Shown one piece after another: positions 32,224-43,019 of a DNA stretch of 64,000 bases. The stretch covers positions 14,350 to 78,349 of the forward strand of contig CAZUFC010000024.1 in the NCBI GenBank assembly GCA_964619725.1. The letters are read 5' to 3'. Source of the stretch: an uncultured bacterium. Lineage in GTDB: Bacteria; CSSED10-310; CAZUFC01. The notes under the pieces were generated by a model. That model was not told where the DNA came from and made no database searches. It worked only from the letters and a program-made list of their open reading frames with translations. A program made the position numbers and the translations under genes. Numbering within the stretch: position 1 is the stretch's first letter; each line of letters opens with the position of its first letter.

Positions 32224-33576
32224 TTATTGCCTGAATCCTGATTTATCGCCCCCTTCAGCATCTTCATCACTCAAAAACCATTCCCACGCCGGTATTATTT
32301 CTATCCTTAATTCATCCGCCCTTTCTTCCCTTTTCGCATCTCCGGTTATTATTAATCCTCGCCGAAGTCCCAATTCCCTCATCCCTGAAACAAGCGCTCT
32401 TTTCTCTCGATCGTATGTTTCGATTCTGTCCATATTCAGACATACCTGAATCAAATTCTTTTCCTCTCCTCTCTCCGTCAGAAAATCTATCTCATAACCG
32501 GCCTTCGTCTTATAATAACATAATGAATATCCTCGCCGCCTCAATTCAAGAAAAACCATGTTTTCCAATACTCGTCCCCTGTTTTTAGAAAGCTGTAAAT
32601 TCAGATAATTATGCATTCCGTGATCGATTATATAGAACTTTTTCGGGTTTACCTGGCGCCTTCTTTCTGACTCCGCACAAATATTCAACATAAATCCGAA
32701 ATATATCTCCTCACAATATCCCGTAAATTCGCTTAATGTAGTCTTCGATAATTTTATTCCTCGGGATTTGTAGTCCTTTTCCACTTTGCTCAAGCTGACC
32801 ATCGAAGAAATATTGGACAACAACGTGTGCAGCCATTGGCGAAGCAATTCATGATTCTTTATGCCGTATCGCTCCACCAGATCACGAAACATGATCGCAT
32901 TGAAGTAATCCTGAAGCATCCTGACGCGCATCGAATCTTCCTGCATAAAAACGATTTCCGGATATCCGCCCGACTCGAAATACGAATCGAATTCCGCTTT
33001 CAGCCGAAATCTCTTTTTTCCATAAATATCATCAGCCGTCCAGAATACGCCTGCTGCCGTTAAAATTTCCGAAAACGAAAAAGGCAACAATTCATACGTC
33101 AGCGTTCTCCCTCTTAAGGATGTCGCAATATCACGGCTCAAAAATTTGGAATTAGACCCTGTTATGAATATTCTGTATCCCTGTTCGTTCAACCTTCTTA
33201 CAAATTTATCCCAGTTTTCAATATTCTGAATTTCATCAAAAAAAAGAAATGGCTTTCGCTCCCGGTCATATAATTCAAAATAAGCTTCCAGGATTATCCC
33301 TAAATCTTCCGCTCTCAAAGGCAATATCCGTTCATCTTCAAAATTGATATGCAGAATATCCGTGATCTTCCCATTCCCGGACAGCAACCTTTTCATCATC
33401 TGAAAAGAAAAAAAAGTCTTACCGGCTCTTCTCGGTCCGACAACGGTTATTATTTTGTTTACCCGCGCATTAAAAAAATCGTAATCAATCTCTAATTCCC
33501 TCTCGACTAATTCAGGCAGACTTGCCTCATGAAACTCTTTTATGATTATTTTTATTTTTTCTTTTAATGAAGCCAT
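32224..33576 (-). CDS. AAA_14 ATPase with DUF4143 C-terminal domain
   Basis: GPRRAGKT, INFEDER, FFDEIQ, ITGSNS, LRGR, GGYPE, KFYIIDHG, EN.VFLEL, EIDF. Start MASLKE after RBS AAGGAG. Confidence 0.93.
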   Translation of the reverse strand: MASLKEKIKIIIKEFHEASLPELVERELEIDYDFFNARVNKIITVVGPRRAGKTFFSFQMMKRLLSGNGKITDILHINFEDERILPLRAEDLGIILEAYFELYDRERKPFLFFDEIQNIENWDKFVRRLNEQGYRIFITGSNSKFLSRDIATSLRGRTLTYELLPFSFSEILTAAGVFWTADDIYGKKRFRLKAEFDSYFESGGYPEIVFMQEDSMRVRMLQDYFNAIMFRDLVERYGIKNHELLRQWLHTLLSNISSMVSLSKVEKDYKSRGIKLSKTTLSEFTGYCEEIYFGFMLNICAESERRRQVNPKKFYIIDHGMHNYLNLQLSKNRGRVLENMVFLELRRRGYSLCYYKTKAGYEIDFLTERGEEKNLIQVCLNMDRIETYDREKRALVSGMRELGLRRGLIITGDAKREERADELRIEIIPAWEWFLSDEDAEGGDKSGFRQ

Positions 33577-33587
33577 TAGGTTTCTCC

Positions 33588-33615
33588 TTTTTTGTTTTTT
33601 GCAAAAAACAAAAAA
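33588..33615. promoter_or_regulatory. Perfect 28-bp palindrome abutting the ATPase RBS (candidate operator)
   Basis: TTTTTTGTTTTTTGCAAAAAACAAAAAA. Confidence 0.55.
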
Positions 33616-33990
33616 CCTTATTTTTGAATTATAAGGCATCCAAGATTGTAAGATCAAATGATGCATTCGTCAATCCTGATTCCGTATCCAAAAACTGGGT
33701 TTGTCCGCCAGGCCGGCAAGAACCGCTGCGTCCTCTGTTTACCAATGTCGGGTCTTTCCGCCGTTCATTTTGATCATCATGAAAAATATCAGCGATTGAC
33801 AGTCTCGCAGCGTCCCGGTAATTTGTTCGTATGAATCGGGTTTGCTTCTGACCGCATATTTTAATGCGTTCACCAAGGTACAAGTAAATTCCTGTTCGGA
33901 AGGCTGAGGGGTTTGTGATCTGAAAGCGGAGGACTTTCCCGGATTTCGGGACTGATAAAACCGGTGTTACACTTCATTCAAAACTTGTAA

Positions 33991-35319
33991 CCGTTTGTTT
34001 CAGTTTTTACTCCCCTTATCAGCGATTCCCCGGCCAAACTTCTGACGGTTCGAGTTTTGGTACAGGACGGCGCGGGAGGCGGCGCTACATCCAATTTTAA
34101 CCTTAAAATCTGGGAGGATACCGGCGGACTTCAACCGGGAGCGCTCCTGCTGGACCGGCAGGTCTCTCTGGTAGCTCAAAACAGTTGGAACGACATCGAT
34201 ATATCTGCCGATAACATCATCGTCAGCAGCGGTTCTGTACGCGTAGGACTTGAATTTCACACGGACCCTCCGCCCAGTTTTTGTCGTGACGGCGATGGAA
34301 ATATCCAATATCATCGTAATCTGATCAAGGCTGTCCCCGGCGGGTGGTTCTGGTCGGAATTTTTCGGGTTGCAGGGCGACTGGATTCTGCGGCTGCAGAT
34401 CGACGGCAATTACGGAGCGCAAACCGCGACTCCCGCGCCGACCCGGACGCCGACAAAAACCCCGACAATGCCGGGACCGACGGCGACCTTTACACCGACT
34501 CAGCCGGGACCGACGGCCACTTTCACGCCCACGATGCCCGGAGTCACCTATACGCCGACATGGATGCCGACCACGACTATTACTCCTACTCAGTCGACTT
34601 CAGAAGGAACGATAGAGTGGGATGCCGGTCAGTACTTCGGACTGGATGCACACGCCAGGATAACCGTTACCGATCCGGACCTGGATATTGATCCCGGCGC
34701 TCAGCAGCAACTCGACGTCCGGGTATGGAGCGAGTCCGACCCGTATCCGTCGGGAATCAATGTGACTCTTTACGAAACGGGCCTGTCCAGCGATACCTTC
34801 CAGTCGGTCTACCCCCATGTGAGTTTCTCAGAGACCGCCGGCGACGACGACGAGGATATGATATTTGTCGAAGATGGAGACCTTGTCTATGCAAGATACA
34901 TAGATGAGAATCCGGTTGGAGAAAGGATCGCTTCGGCGCAATGGTTCGCATCGCAAGGCATCACGCTGGAACTCGTCATGCCCGATGATCGCTTCGGCGA
35001 CGGTGAACTGTGTTACCTGAATATGAATTTTACCAATTCCGGAGACACCCAGGAAGTGGACCTCTACGCGCTGCTCAACGTTTTCGGCGATTACTTCTGT
35101 TACCCCAGTTGGCAAAACATCAACCTTGGATTGGACCATGACGACATGTTCGTTCCCGCAGATTACCAGGGAACCCTGGAACTGATTGAAGAATTCGCCA
35201 TGCCGCCCGTGGACCCGGTTGGACCCCTGTTTTTCCACGCCGCCATGTTTCAGGACGGTCAACTCACCCTGGAAACACTGGCCGCCGATCCCGATTCATT
35301 CGAGTTCTATCTGGAGTAG
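33991..35319 (+). pseudogene. 5'-truncated secreted multidomain protein (Pro/Thr linker, Ig-like module, C-terminal domain)
   Basis: Frame opens after TAA at 33988 in the middle of a domain (FTP...PAKL..V), with no signal peptide or RBS. Shares modules with the M14 protein. Confidence 0.6.
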
Positions 35320-35440
35320 ACTGAAGACGAAAGATATTATTAGTCCATTTTCGGGATTTCTATTCTTGTCCATAAAACGGTAAGGCATTTCGATACAAGA
35401 GGATAATTTCGCAGTCCTGTTAATCCGCCGGGTCATCTAC

Positions 35441-35490
35441 CCCGGATTTCTCATACAAAATCGTAACAGGTTTTGTATGAGAAATGCGGG
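35441..35490. repeat. 50-bp hairpin (20-bp arms), MITE remnant or bidirectional terminator
   Basis: CCCGGATTTCTCATACAAAA-10 nt-TTTTGTATGAGAAATGCGGG (1 mismatch), flanked by CTAC/CTAA. Confidence 0.75.
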
Positions 35491-35640
35491 CTAAATCCCC
35501 CGGTTGAATCTAAAGACAAATTCGATGATCAACCCGGCGTAAAGAAAAGGACTTTGGAATCGACAGAAAACAATTTGCATTAATGGTTCATTTGATTTAT
35601 CTTTTTCAGGTGAACCGGGGATTCTTGAAGGGGAGTCCGG

Positions 35641-37104
35641 ATGTATGACGTAGCGATTGTGGGCGGCGGTGTCATCGGTTGTGCTGTTGCCCGTTTTCTT
35701 TCACAGTATGAAGTTTCCGGCGTACTGCTTGAGAAGTATGAGGAAGTCGGTTTCGGGACATCCAAATCCAACAGCGGTATAATACATGCTGGACATCACA
35801 GTTCTCCCGATACATTGAAGGGAAGGCTGGCGGTGCCCGGCAACAGGATGTTCGATCGGTTGAGCGAAGAGCTGAAGTTTGCTTTCAAGCGGATAGGGGA
35901 GCTTGTCGTTGCAGCCGGCGAAGAAGAAATTGCCGTTTTGCGGAAATTGAAGTTGCAGGGGGAACAGAAGGGCGTGCCGGGTATGGAGATGTGGGACAGG
36001 GAACGCCTTCGAAGGGAAGAGCCTAACCTGTCGAAGCGCCTGATCGCAGCCTTGCATGTGCCCACTGCCGGTGTGATTAATCCGTACGAGTTCTGCTTTG
36101 CCCTGGTAGAAAATGCCGTGGACAACGGTTTTGAATTGAAGATCAACGCTGAAGTCACAGGAATAAGATATGAGAAGGATTCCTTCCTGATAGAAACGAA
36201 CGAGGAAACCGTCAAAAGCCGGTTCGTGATAAACAGCGCGGGTCTTTGGGCCGACAAGGTTGCCGGAATGGCAGGCATTGACGAATTTACCATTCATCCT
36301 CGCAAGGGTGAAGAATATATGCTGGACAAACGTCTGCAGGGATTGGTGAAACGCCTTATATTTCCGGTTCCCCGAAAAAACAGCAAAGGCACATTAATCA
36401 TTCCGACTTACGACGGCACCATGATGGTCGGACCGACTGCCGAAGATGTGGACGACAGAAACGATCTGACTACGACCCGGCCAGGCGCCGAAAAAGTTTT
36501 TCAGTCTGTGAAAAAACTCTGCCCTTCCATCGACAAACGGGACACCATCGCTGAATTCGCCGGATTAAGGGCCGTCAGCAATACCAATGATTTCATCATC
36601 GGCCCTTCTTCCAGGAAGGGTTTCATCAATGCCGCCGGCATCCAGTCTCCAGGATTGACGGCAGCCCCCGCCATAGCTGAATACATCCTGGAAATATTAC
36701 AGCAGCAGGGCCTCAAATTAATCAAAAAGAAAGATTTCAATCCTTCGGTCAAGGGTCCTGCCAGATTCGCCCTGCAAAATCCTAAACGCCGCCGGGAACT
36801 GATTCGGGAAAACCCCGGATTCGCCAGGGTCGTTTGTCGATGCGAATTGGTTACCGAAGCGGAAATTCACGAAGCCGTCGATCACGGCGCCAGGACTCTG
36901 GACGGCATTAAATTCAGAACAAGAGCAGGTATGGGACGATGCAACGGCGGCTTTTGCACCTACAGATGTATGAAAATACTTTCGGAACGTTTGAATAAGC
37001 CCCTGCATGAGATAACAAAAAGAGGCGACGATTCGCAGGTTATTTATCCGCGTGCCGAATATACGAACGATCCGGCGAGTGAACCTCCGGCCGGTTATGA
37101 ATGA
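35641..37104 (+). CDS. FAD-dependent oxidoreductase with BFD-like [2Fe-2S] domain (GlpA-like glycerol-3-phosphate dehydrogenase)
   Basis: [52 protein letters not shown]. Confidence 0.88.
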   Translation: MYDVAIVGGGVIGCAVARFLSQYEVSGVLLEKYEEVGFGTSKSNSGIIHAGHHSSPDTLKGRLAVPGNRMFDRLSEELKFAFKRIGELVVAAGEEEIAVLRKLKLQGEQKGVPGMEMWDRERLRREEPNLSKRLIAALHVPTAGVINPYEFCFALVENAVDNGFELKINAEVTGIRYEKDSFLIETNEETVKSRFVINSAGLWADKVAGMAGIDEFTIHPRKGEEYMLDKRLQGLVKRLIFPVPRKNSKGTLIIPTYDGTMMVGPTAEDVDDRNDLTTTRPGAEKVFQSVKKLCPSIDKRDTIAEFAGLRAVSNTNDFIIGPSSRKGFINAAGIQSPGLTAAPAIAEYILEILQQQGLKLIKKKDFNPSVKGPARFALQNPKRRRELIRENPGFARVVCRCELVTEAEIHEAVDHGARTLDGIKFRTRAGMGRCNGGFCTYRCMKILSERLNKPLHEITKRGDDSQVIYPRAEYTNDPASEPPAGYE

Positions 37105-38420
37105 CGGAACGATTACCCTGGTTGAACGACAGGAAAGAGAGCATGTTCGGACGATTACAAAGGAAATATGATGTGGCGGTCATCGGCGGCGGGCCTGCAG
37201 GATTGGCTGCGGCCATCGGAGCCCGGGATGCAGGAGTCGACAAAGTGCTGGTGACGGACCGGGAACCCGAAATGGGAGGCATCTTACTCCAATGCATCCA
37301 TCCGGGATTCGGCCTGCATTATTTCAAGGATGAGCTCACCGGTCCTGAATATGCCGAACGTTTTATCCGTAAGACAATCGATCACGATATAGATTTTATT
37401 ACGGATTCTTACGTTTCATGGATATCTGCCGAAGGAGACGACGTTATCCGTATCCAGGTTTTGAACGAGCATTACGGACTGAAAACAGTAGCCTGTCGTT
37501 CCGTCGTGCTGGCTATGGGATGCCGGGAACGAACACGCGGCGCTATTCTGATTCCCGGTACGAGACCTTCCGGAGTCCTCACCGCGGGATTGGCGCAGAA
37601 GATGGTGAATATGCTGGGCTATCTGCCGGGAAAGAAAATAACCATACTGGGTTCAGGCGATATCGGACTCATTATGGCGCGACGGTTGACGCTTGAAGGC
37701 TGCGAAGTGAAAGGCGTATTCGAGATTATGCCCTATTCGAGCGGATTAACCAGGAATATCGTTCAATGTCTCGATGATTTCGATATTCCATTGTACCTTT
37801 CCACGACCGTGACGATGATTCATGGTCGAAACAGAGTCGAAAAAGTCACCGTGGCTCCCGTCGATGAAAACTTGATGCCGGACGAATCCAGAAGCCGGGA
37901 TGTCGAATGCGATACTCTGCTGCTGTCCATAGGGCTTATTCCGGAAAATGAACTGTCGCAAAACCTCGGACTCCAAATGGATGTTGTAACCAAAGGCCCT
38001 GTCGTTTCAAGCGATATGCAGACCTCCATGCCCGGAGTATTCGCCTGCGGTAATGTGCTCCATGTTCATGACCTGGCTGATTTCGTCACCCGAGAAGCTC
38101 TTCTGGCTGGCCGATTCGCCGGTGAATGGGCTCAGAATATCAGGAGACCTCGCGACAACATAAGAATTATTCCTGGAGAAAACGTCAATTACTGCGTTCC
38201 GCATACTATCAGTTCGGAAAGAGAACATACCCTTTACATGCGATGCTCTAAACCCATGAAACCTTGCATCCTCAAAGCCGGAAACGTGCTCGAAAAAAAA
38301 CTCCGCATCGCCGTACCCGCTGAAATGATTACTCTGAAACTTAAACCGGACCTGCTGGATTCATTTCATGGAAATATGCTCAAACTCGACATCTTGCCCG
38401 TGGAGACCCAGAATGCCTGA
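37101..38420 (+). CDS. NAD(P)/FAD-dependent oxidoreductase (partner subunit)
   Basis: [60 protein letters not shown]. Confidence 0.9.
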   Translation: MTERLPWLNDRKESMFGRLQRKYDVAVIGGGPAGLAAAIGARDAGVDKVLVTDREPEMGGILLQCIHPGFGLHYFKDELTGPEYAERFIRKTIDHDIDFITDSYVSWISAEGDDVIRIQVLNEHYGLKTVACRSVVLAMGCRERTRGAILIPGTRPSGVLTAGLAQKMVNMLGYLPGKKITILGSGDIGLIMARRLTLEGCEVKGVFEIMPYSSGLTRNIVQCLDDFDIPLYLSTTVTMIHGRNRVEKVTVAPVDENLMPDESRSRDVECDTLLLSIGLIPENELSQNLGLQMDVVTKGPVVSSDMQTSMPGVFACGNVLHVHDLADFVTREALLAGRFAGEWAQNIRRPRDNIRIIPGENVNYCVPHTISSEREHTLYMRCSKPMKPCILKAGNVLEKKLRIAVPAEMITLKLKPDLLDSFHGNMLKLDILPVETQNA

Positions 38421-38796
38421 AACGAAAAAGATAACCTGTATCAGTTGCCCTGTCGGTTGTCCTATAGAACTCGTGCATGAAGGCGATAAAATCCTGGAAA
38501 TTAAAAATCATATCTGTCCCCGCGGCGAAAAATACGCCAGGCAGGAATTCATCGACCCTAGACGCTCACTCACGACCACGGCGCTCATAAAAGGAGCCCT
38601 CTGGAATAGAATACCCGTTAAAGTAACCCGGCCGCTGCCTAAAAACAGAATCATGGATGCCGTAAAAATCATCCATAACCTGACCGTTGCAGCTCCTGTG
38701 CAAATGGGACAAATTCTGCTCAAAGATATTCTGAATCAAAAAAATGCTGACGTCATCGCTACCAGAAGCATGAAAAAAATCAACGACGGTGATTAG
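38413..38796 (+). CDS. DUF1667 small Cys-rich Fe-S protein
   Basis: TCISCPVGC...CPRG..YA.QE..DP.R; the usual third gene of this trio. Confidence 0.88.
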   Translation: MPETKKITCISCPVGCPIELVHEGDKILEIKNHICPRGEKYARQEFIDPRRSLTTTALIKGALWNRIPVKVTRPLPKNRIMDAVKIIHNLTVAAPVQMGQILLKDILNQKNADVIATRSMKKINDGD

Positions 38797-38952
38797 AGCC
38801 TTTTAGGACGGGTTGAAAGCGATCAGTTTTATGTTTCAGTCACGGATGGATAGGGATCAAGATTAAGGAATAATGGTAAACTGATGGGTGAATCAGCGGA
38901 TGGGGTCGAATACGGGAGTATCCCCCCGGAGACTGTTTTACTCCTCAAGCCT

Positions 38953-40485
38953 TCAACAGGCCCGGCATTTCTGACTCATTTTGTAATTGTGGATGGACTC
39001 GTTGATCTTATCTACCAGGTCCATTAAATCGAACGGTTTAGCTACGAATTGAGTCGAAGAATTTTTCAGAGCGTTTCTGATCGGTTCGTCCTTGCCGTAA
39101 CCGCTGCAAAGTATCACCGGTAAGTCCTTTTCTTTCTGCCTGATTTCCGATAAAACTTCCAGGCCGTCCATAAACGGCATCCCGATATCCAGAAGAATCA
39201 AATCGATCTTATCCTTCATCTTATTATACGCTTCCATGGTTTCCAATCCGTCAGCAGATTCAATGATCTGAAAACCGCTCGCTTTCAGACATTCTACCGC
39301 CATCTCCCGGACCATCTCGTCGTCATCTGCAACCAGAATTAAAGAATCGGAATAGTCCAAATCCATGTCAGATTCCTTTTTCTTCTCTAATTCCGTCTTT
39401 TCAAGAGGAAAATCGATAACAATTCTCGTGCCCCTGTCTATGTAACTGTCGACCGAAATCTTACCCTCGTGACCCTTCACTATGCCCGCTACCGCTGCCA
39501 GGCCCATCCCGCGCCCGATGCCCTTCGTGCTGAAAAACGGCTCGAATATCCGATCCAGGGTTTCCCTTTCCATCCCTTTTCCCGTATCAGATATCCTTAT
39601 TCTCGCATAATCACGCTTCTGCTTGCGGTTTCGTCCTCGCCATTCCGTGTGCTTCGACAGATCAATGTGAACATGACCCTCGTCGCTCATCGCTTCCGCT
39701 GAATTCAGGAATATGTTCCACATTAATTGCTGTATCTGACTGATGTCGGCCTTGATGATCAAAGACTCGTCAATCGTCGTCAACCTCATGCTTATATTGC
39801 TCCGAAACGATGAGCGTATCGTCTTTAATATCCGCCCTATCTCCTCCTTCAAATCAAAACTCACCATTACGAAACGGCCCTCTCGCGTATATGCCAGCAA
39901 CTGCTTCGTCAATAATGCCGCCTGCTCAACTGCCTGCTTCGCAAGTGAATACGAACGATTCAACGTCACCTGCGCCACGTTCTCCATCCTCGCTAATGCC
40001 AGATAACCGTTTATCGCCGCAAGCAAATTGTTGAAATCGTGCGAAAGTCCTCGCGCTATGCGACCGATGATCTCCATCTTTTGCACTTCATGCTGCGAAT
40101 TCTGTATCTTCATCCGCTTCGATATGTCTCGTACTACGAAAACCGTTAACTCACCATCACCATATGACGCTGATGATATTCCCGCCTCGAATATCTTCTT
40201 GGCTCCTGATTGAGTCAATAATCCCAATTCAATGATATCAGACTCCACTGCACCCTCTTCAACCAGTTTCTCCACGCCGTCCAAAAACTCCGGCGACATC
40301 AATGACGATATGTCGCTTTCAAGCAAATCCTCTCTTGAAAATCCCGTCATACGGCATAAAGCATCATTTACATATATTATCTTCTTCGCCTGAATCCCTA
40401 ATATGCCGTCAAAAGCCGTTTCCGTTATTGTGCAAGCAAGTTCGGAAGGAACGTTCTCCTCCTTCCCGCGACTTAAATCTCTCAC
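38953..40485 (-). CDS. PAS-domain hybrid sensor histidine kinase/response regulator
   Basis: PAS; H-box SHDFNNLL; N-box NIFLNS.EAM; DTGKGM, IFEPFFSTK, GMGL; receiver ADDD..LLDIGMP..KPF. Confidence 0.95.
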   Translation of the reverse strand: MRDLSRGKEENVPSELACTITETAFDGILGIQAKKIIYVNDALCRMTGFSREDLLESDISSLMSPEFLDGVEKLVEEGAVESDIIELGLLTQSGAKKIFEAGISSASYGDGELTVFVVRDISKRMKIQNSQHEVQKMEIIGRIARGLSHDFNNLLAAINGYLALARMENVAQVTLNRSYSLAKQAVEQAALLTKQLLAYTREGRFVMVSFDLKEEIGRILKTIRSSFRSNISMRLTTIDESLIIKADISQIQQLMWNIFLNSAEAMSDEGHVHIDLSKHTEWRGRNRKQKRDYARIRISDTGKGMERETLDRIFEPFFSTKGIGRGMGLAAVAGIVKGHEGKISVDSYIDRGTRIVIDFPLEKTELEKKKESDMDLDYSDSLILVADDDEMVREMAVECLKASGFQIIESADGLETMEAYNKMKDKIDLILLDIGMPFMDGLEVLSEIRQKEKDLPVILCSGYGKDEPIRNALKNSSTQFVAKPFDLMDLVDKINESIHNYKMSQKCRAC

Positions 40486-40701
40486 GTATAAACCTCCAAC
40501 CTTTGCGAATATTCAGCTCCGCATTTATTTCCTCGCCCACACCTCAGTTTTATAGTTCCGCCCCGCATTTCAATATACGACTTTTGCCTCATATTACAAG
40601 CGAAAAACCCCCCTTATTTCTTACTTTTTTAAAAAAATAAAAATATAATAATCGACAATATAAAAGAAAAGTTACATTTTATTTTTAACTGATAATAAAG
40701 T

Positions 40702-41556
40702 TTACTTTTTTGAAATATCTGCGACAATATTGTCGATCAGTCTGACTTTTCCCAGAAAAACGGCTGCGGCTATCAGGACTTTATCTTCGATTTTCTGAAG
40801 CGGCGTCAATTCATGAGGATCGCAGATTTCGAGATATTGGATGTCGAATTGAGGGAATTTATTGATCATGTCAGACATTTTTTTCCGGACGATTACCGGG
40901 TCTGTTTCGCCCTGTAGAATCATTTTTGCGCCGTGCTGCAGGGCCTTATAAATTTGAGGCGCTATTTTTCTTTCCTCTTCAGTCAAGTTGTCATTTCTGG
41001 AACTCATGGCCAGTCCGTCGTCTTCACGAACGGTAGGCAAGACAACGATTTCCGTATCGATATTGAGGTCTTCCGTCATTTGTTCGATAATGCGGGCTTG
41101 CTGATAATCCTTACTGCCGAAGAATGCCTGATGGGGTTTGACGATGTTGAACAATTTAAGAACGACAGTGGCGACTCCGTCGAAATGTCCCGGCCGGAAA
41201 GGTCCGCAGAGGTAATTGGTAAGGTCTTTAACATGGACGAAGGATTTGTAGTTTTTCGGGTACACTTTTTCATCAGCGGGTGTGAACAGAAAATCAACGC
41301 CCAGGTTCAGCGCCAGCGCTTTATCGCGGTTCATATCTCTGGGATAAATCTGGTAATCCTCATTCGGGCCGAACTGAGTCGGGTTGACGAAAATGCTTAC
41401 GATAAGGATATCGTTTTTTCTTTTAGCTTCTTTCATAAGGCTGATATGCCCGTCATGGAAGTAACCCATGGTGGGAACGAAGCCTATCGCTTTTCCGGAC
41501 TTGCGCAAATTGCCGGTAATAAGCTGCATTTCAGGGATTTCATGAATTGTTCTCAT
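40702..41556 (-). CDS. panC: Pantoate--beta-alanine ligase
   Basis: GFVPTMG.FH.GH, SIFVNPTQFGPNED, RPGHF.GV, G.KDYQQ, GLAMSSRN, RLIDN. Confidence 0.98.
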   Translation of the reverse strand: MRTIHEIPEMQLITGNLRKSGKAIGFVPTMGYFHDGHISLMKEAKRKNDILIVSIFVNPTQFGPNEDYQIYPRDMNRDKALALNLGVDFLFTPADEKVYPKNYKSFVHVKDLTNYLCGPFRPGHFDGVATVVLKLFNIVKPHQAFFGSKDYQQARIIEQMTEDLNIDTEIVVLPTVREDDGLAMSSRNDNLTEEERKIAPQIYKALQHGAKMILQGETDPVIVRKKMSDMINKFPQFDIQYLEICDPHELTPLQKIEDKVLIAAAVFLGKVRLIDNIVADISKK

Positions 41557-42403
41557 CGTTTATTTTATCCTTGTTTAGGGCATTTATGAGTTTTTCAGGG
41601 AGTTCATAGCTATGTTCGATTTGAGGGAAGCGTTCGTTTTTAACATCATGGATATAGGATTTTACGGCTTCATTCATAATTGAGTGAAGTTGTGCGAATT
41701 GTTTAACGAATTTGGCAGGGGGATCAAAGAGGATACCGAGCATGTCGTGCAGCACGAGGACTTGTCCGTCGCAACGTGGACCGGCTCCGATACCGATGGT
41801 GGGAACATCGACGATTTGGGTGATTTTTTCAGCGACGGGCCACGGTATTCCTTCCAGGACGATGCTGAAGACTCCTGCCTGGGCAATGGACCTGGCATCG
41901 TTAAGCAGTTTTTTAACGGAAGGAAGCGTTTTTCCCTGGACGCGATAACCGCCCATCTGGTGGACGGATTGCGGCGTCAGACCGATATGGCCCATCACGG
42001 GAATACCGTTGGAGACGAGCCGTGAAATCGTTTCGGTTTTTTCTTCTCCGCCTTCCAGTTTAACCGCTTCAGCCCCGCCTTCCTTCATAAAACGCCCAGC
42101 ATTTTTCATCGTATCTTCAATGCTCACGTGAAAAGACATGAAGGGCATATCGCCGACCAGAAGCGCTCTTTTGACGCCCCGTCTGACGGCTTTCAAATGG
42201 TGGAGCATTTCATCCATGGTAACGGGAATGGTGCTTGAATACCCCAGCATGACATTGGCGAGACTGTCGCCGACAAGAACGACGTCGATTCCCGCCTCAT
42301 CGACGATTCTGGCTGTCGGATAGTCGTAGGCCGTCAGCATGGTTATTTTGTTTTTCTTCTTTTTTTTGCGTATGAGGTCGCGAATGGTGATTTTATCTTT
42401 CAT
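41540..42403 (-). CDS. panB: 3-methyl-2-oxobutanoate hydroxymethyltransferase
   Basis: MLTAYD, LVGDSL, DMPFMS, VKLEGG, GHIGLTPQ, IGIGAG..CDGQVLV. Confidence 0.98.
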   Translation of the reverse strand: MKDKITIRDLIRKKKKKNKITMLTAYDYPTARIVDEAGIDVVLVGDSLANVMLGYSSTIPVTMDEMLHHLKAVRRGVKRALLVGDMPFMSFHVSIEDTMKNAGRFMKEGGAEAVKLEGGEEKTETISRLVSNGIPVMGHIGLTPQSVHQMGGYRVQGKTLPSVKKLLNDARSIAQAGVFSIVLEGIPWPVAEKITQIVDVPTIGIGAGPRCDGQVLVLHDMLGILFDPPAKFVKQFAQLHSIMNEAVKSYIHDVKNERFPQIEHSYELPEKLINALNKDKINDENNS

Positions 42404-42412
42404 TTTTACGTT

Positions 42413-42961
42413 TCAACAGACTGTTGTTCGATTACTTTGTTTCACAGGAATGACTTTTTCCCGGCGAGGGCATTCGTTTTTCAATTGCTCGAAAGTTTTT
42501 CCAATCACGGGATGCTTCTGATGCGGTATCAGATCGCAAAGCGGAACAAGAACGAAAAGTCTGAGAGATATTTCAGGATGCGGAATCGTCAGATGCGGTC
42601 TATTCATAACGATATCATTGAAAAGCAGAATGTCCAGGTCTATTAGTCTCGGTTTTTTTTTGTTTTTATCTTCGGCTTTTCGCCCCATCGTGAACTCGAT
42701 ATCCTGACACACGTCCAGCAGAGTTTCAGGGTCTCTGCGAAAGAGAATTTCAACGGCAGCATTGACGTACCAGGGATGATTTTGTTCAACCTGGAGCGGT
42801 TCGGTCTGATAGAAGGGGGATTTTCTCAATACGGAAGCGTTCGGATTTTCGTCGATGAGAGCCAGGGCACGGAGGCAATTATGGAGAGGATTTCCCAGGT
42901 TTGAACCCAGTCCTATGTAAGCTTTATGGGCTTTGCGATCTATTTTTTCTTCATTGGGCAT
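42413..42961 (-). CDS. folK: 2-amino-4-hydroxy-6-hydroxymethyldihydropteridine diphosphokinase
   Basis: YIGLGSNLG, Y.TEP, PRLIDLDIL, LTIPHP...R.FVL.PL. Confidence 0.96.
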   Translation of the reverse strand: MPNEEKIDRKAHKAYIGLGSNLGNPLHNCLRALALIDENPNASVLRKSPFYQTEPLQVEQNHPWYVNAAVEILFRRDPETLLDVCQDIEFTMGRKAEDKNKKKPRLIDLDILLFNDIVMNRPHLTIPHPEISLRLFVLVPLCDLIPHQKHPVIGKTFEQLKNECPRREKVIPVKQSNRTTVC

Positions 42962-43019
42962 AATATTTTGAAAATGCAGAAGCGTGACTGAAATTTTATT
43001 TTCAAGAGGTTCATAAGAT

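Noticed and set aside
33577-33883. N-terminal extension of the ATPase ORF and the 84-aa ORF at 33629..33883
   Set aside because: A strong RBS supports the 33576 start; the extension runs through the palindrome and the small ORF has no recognisable features.
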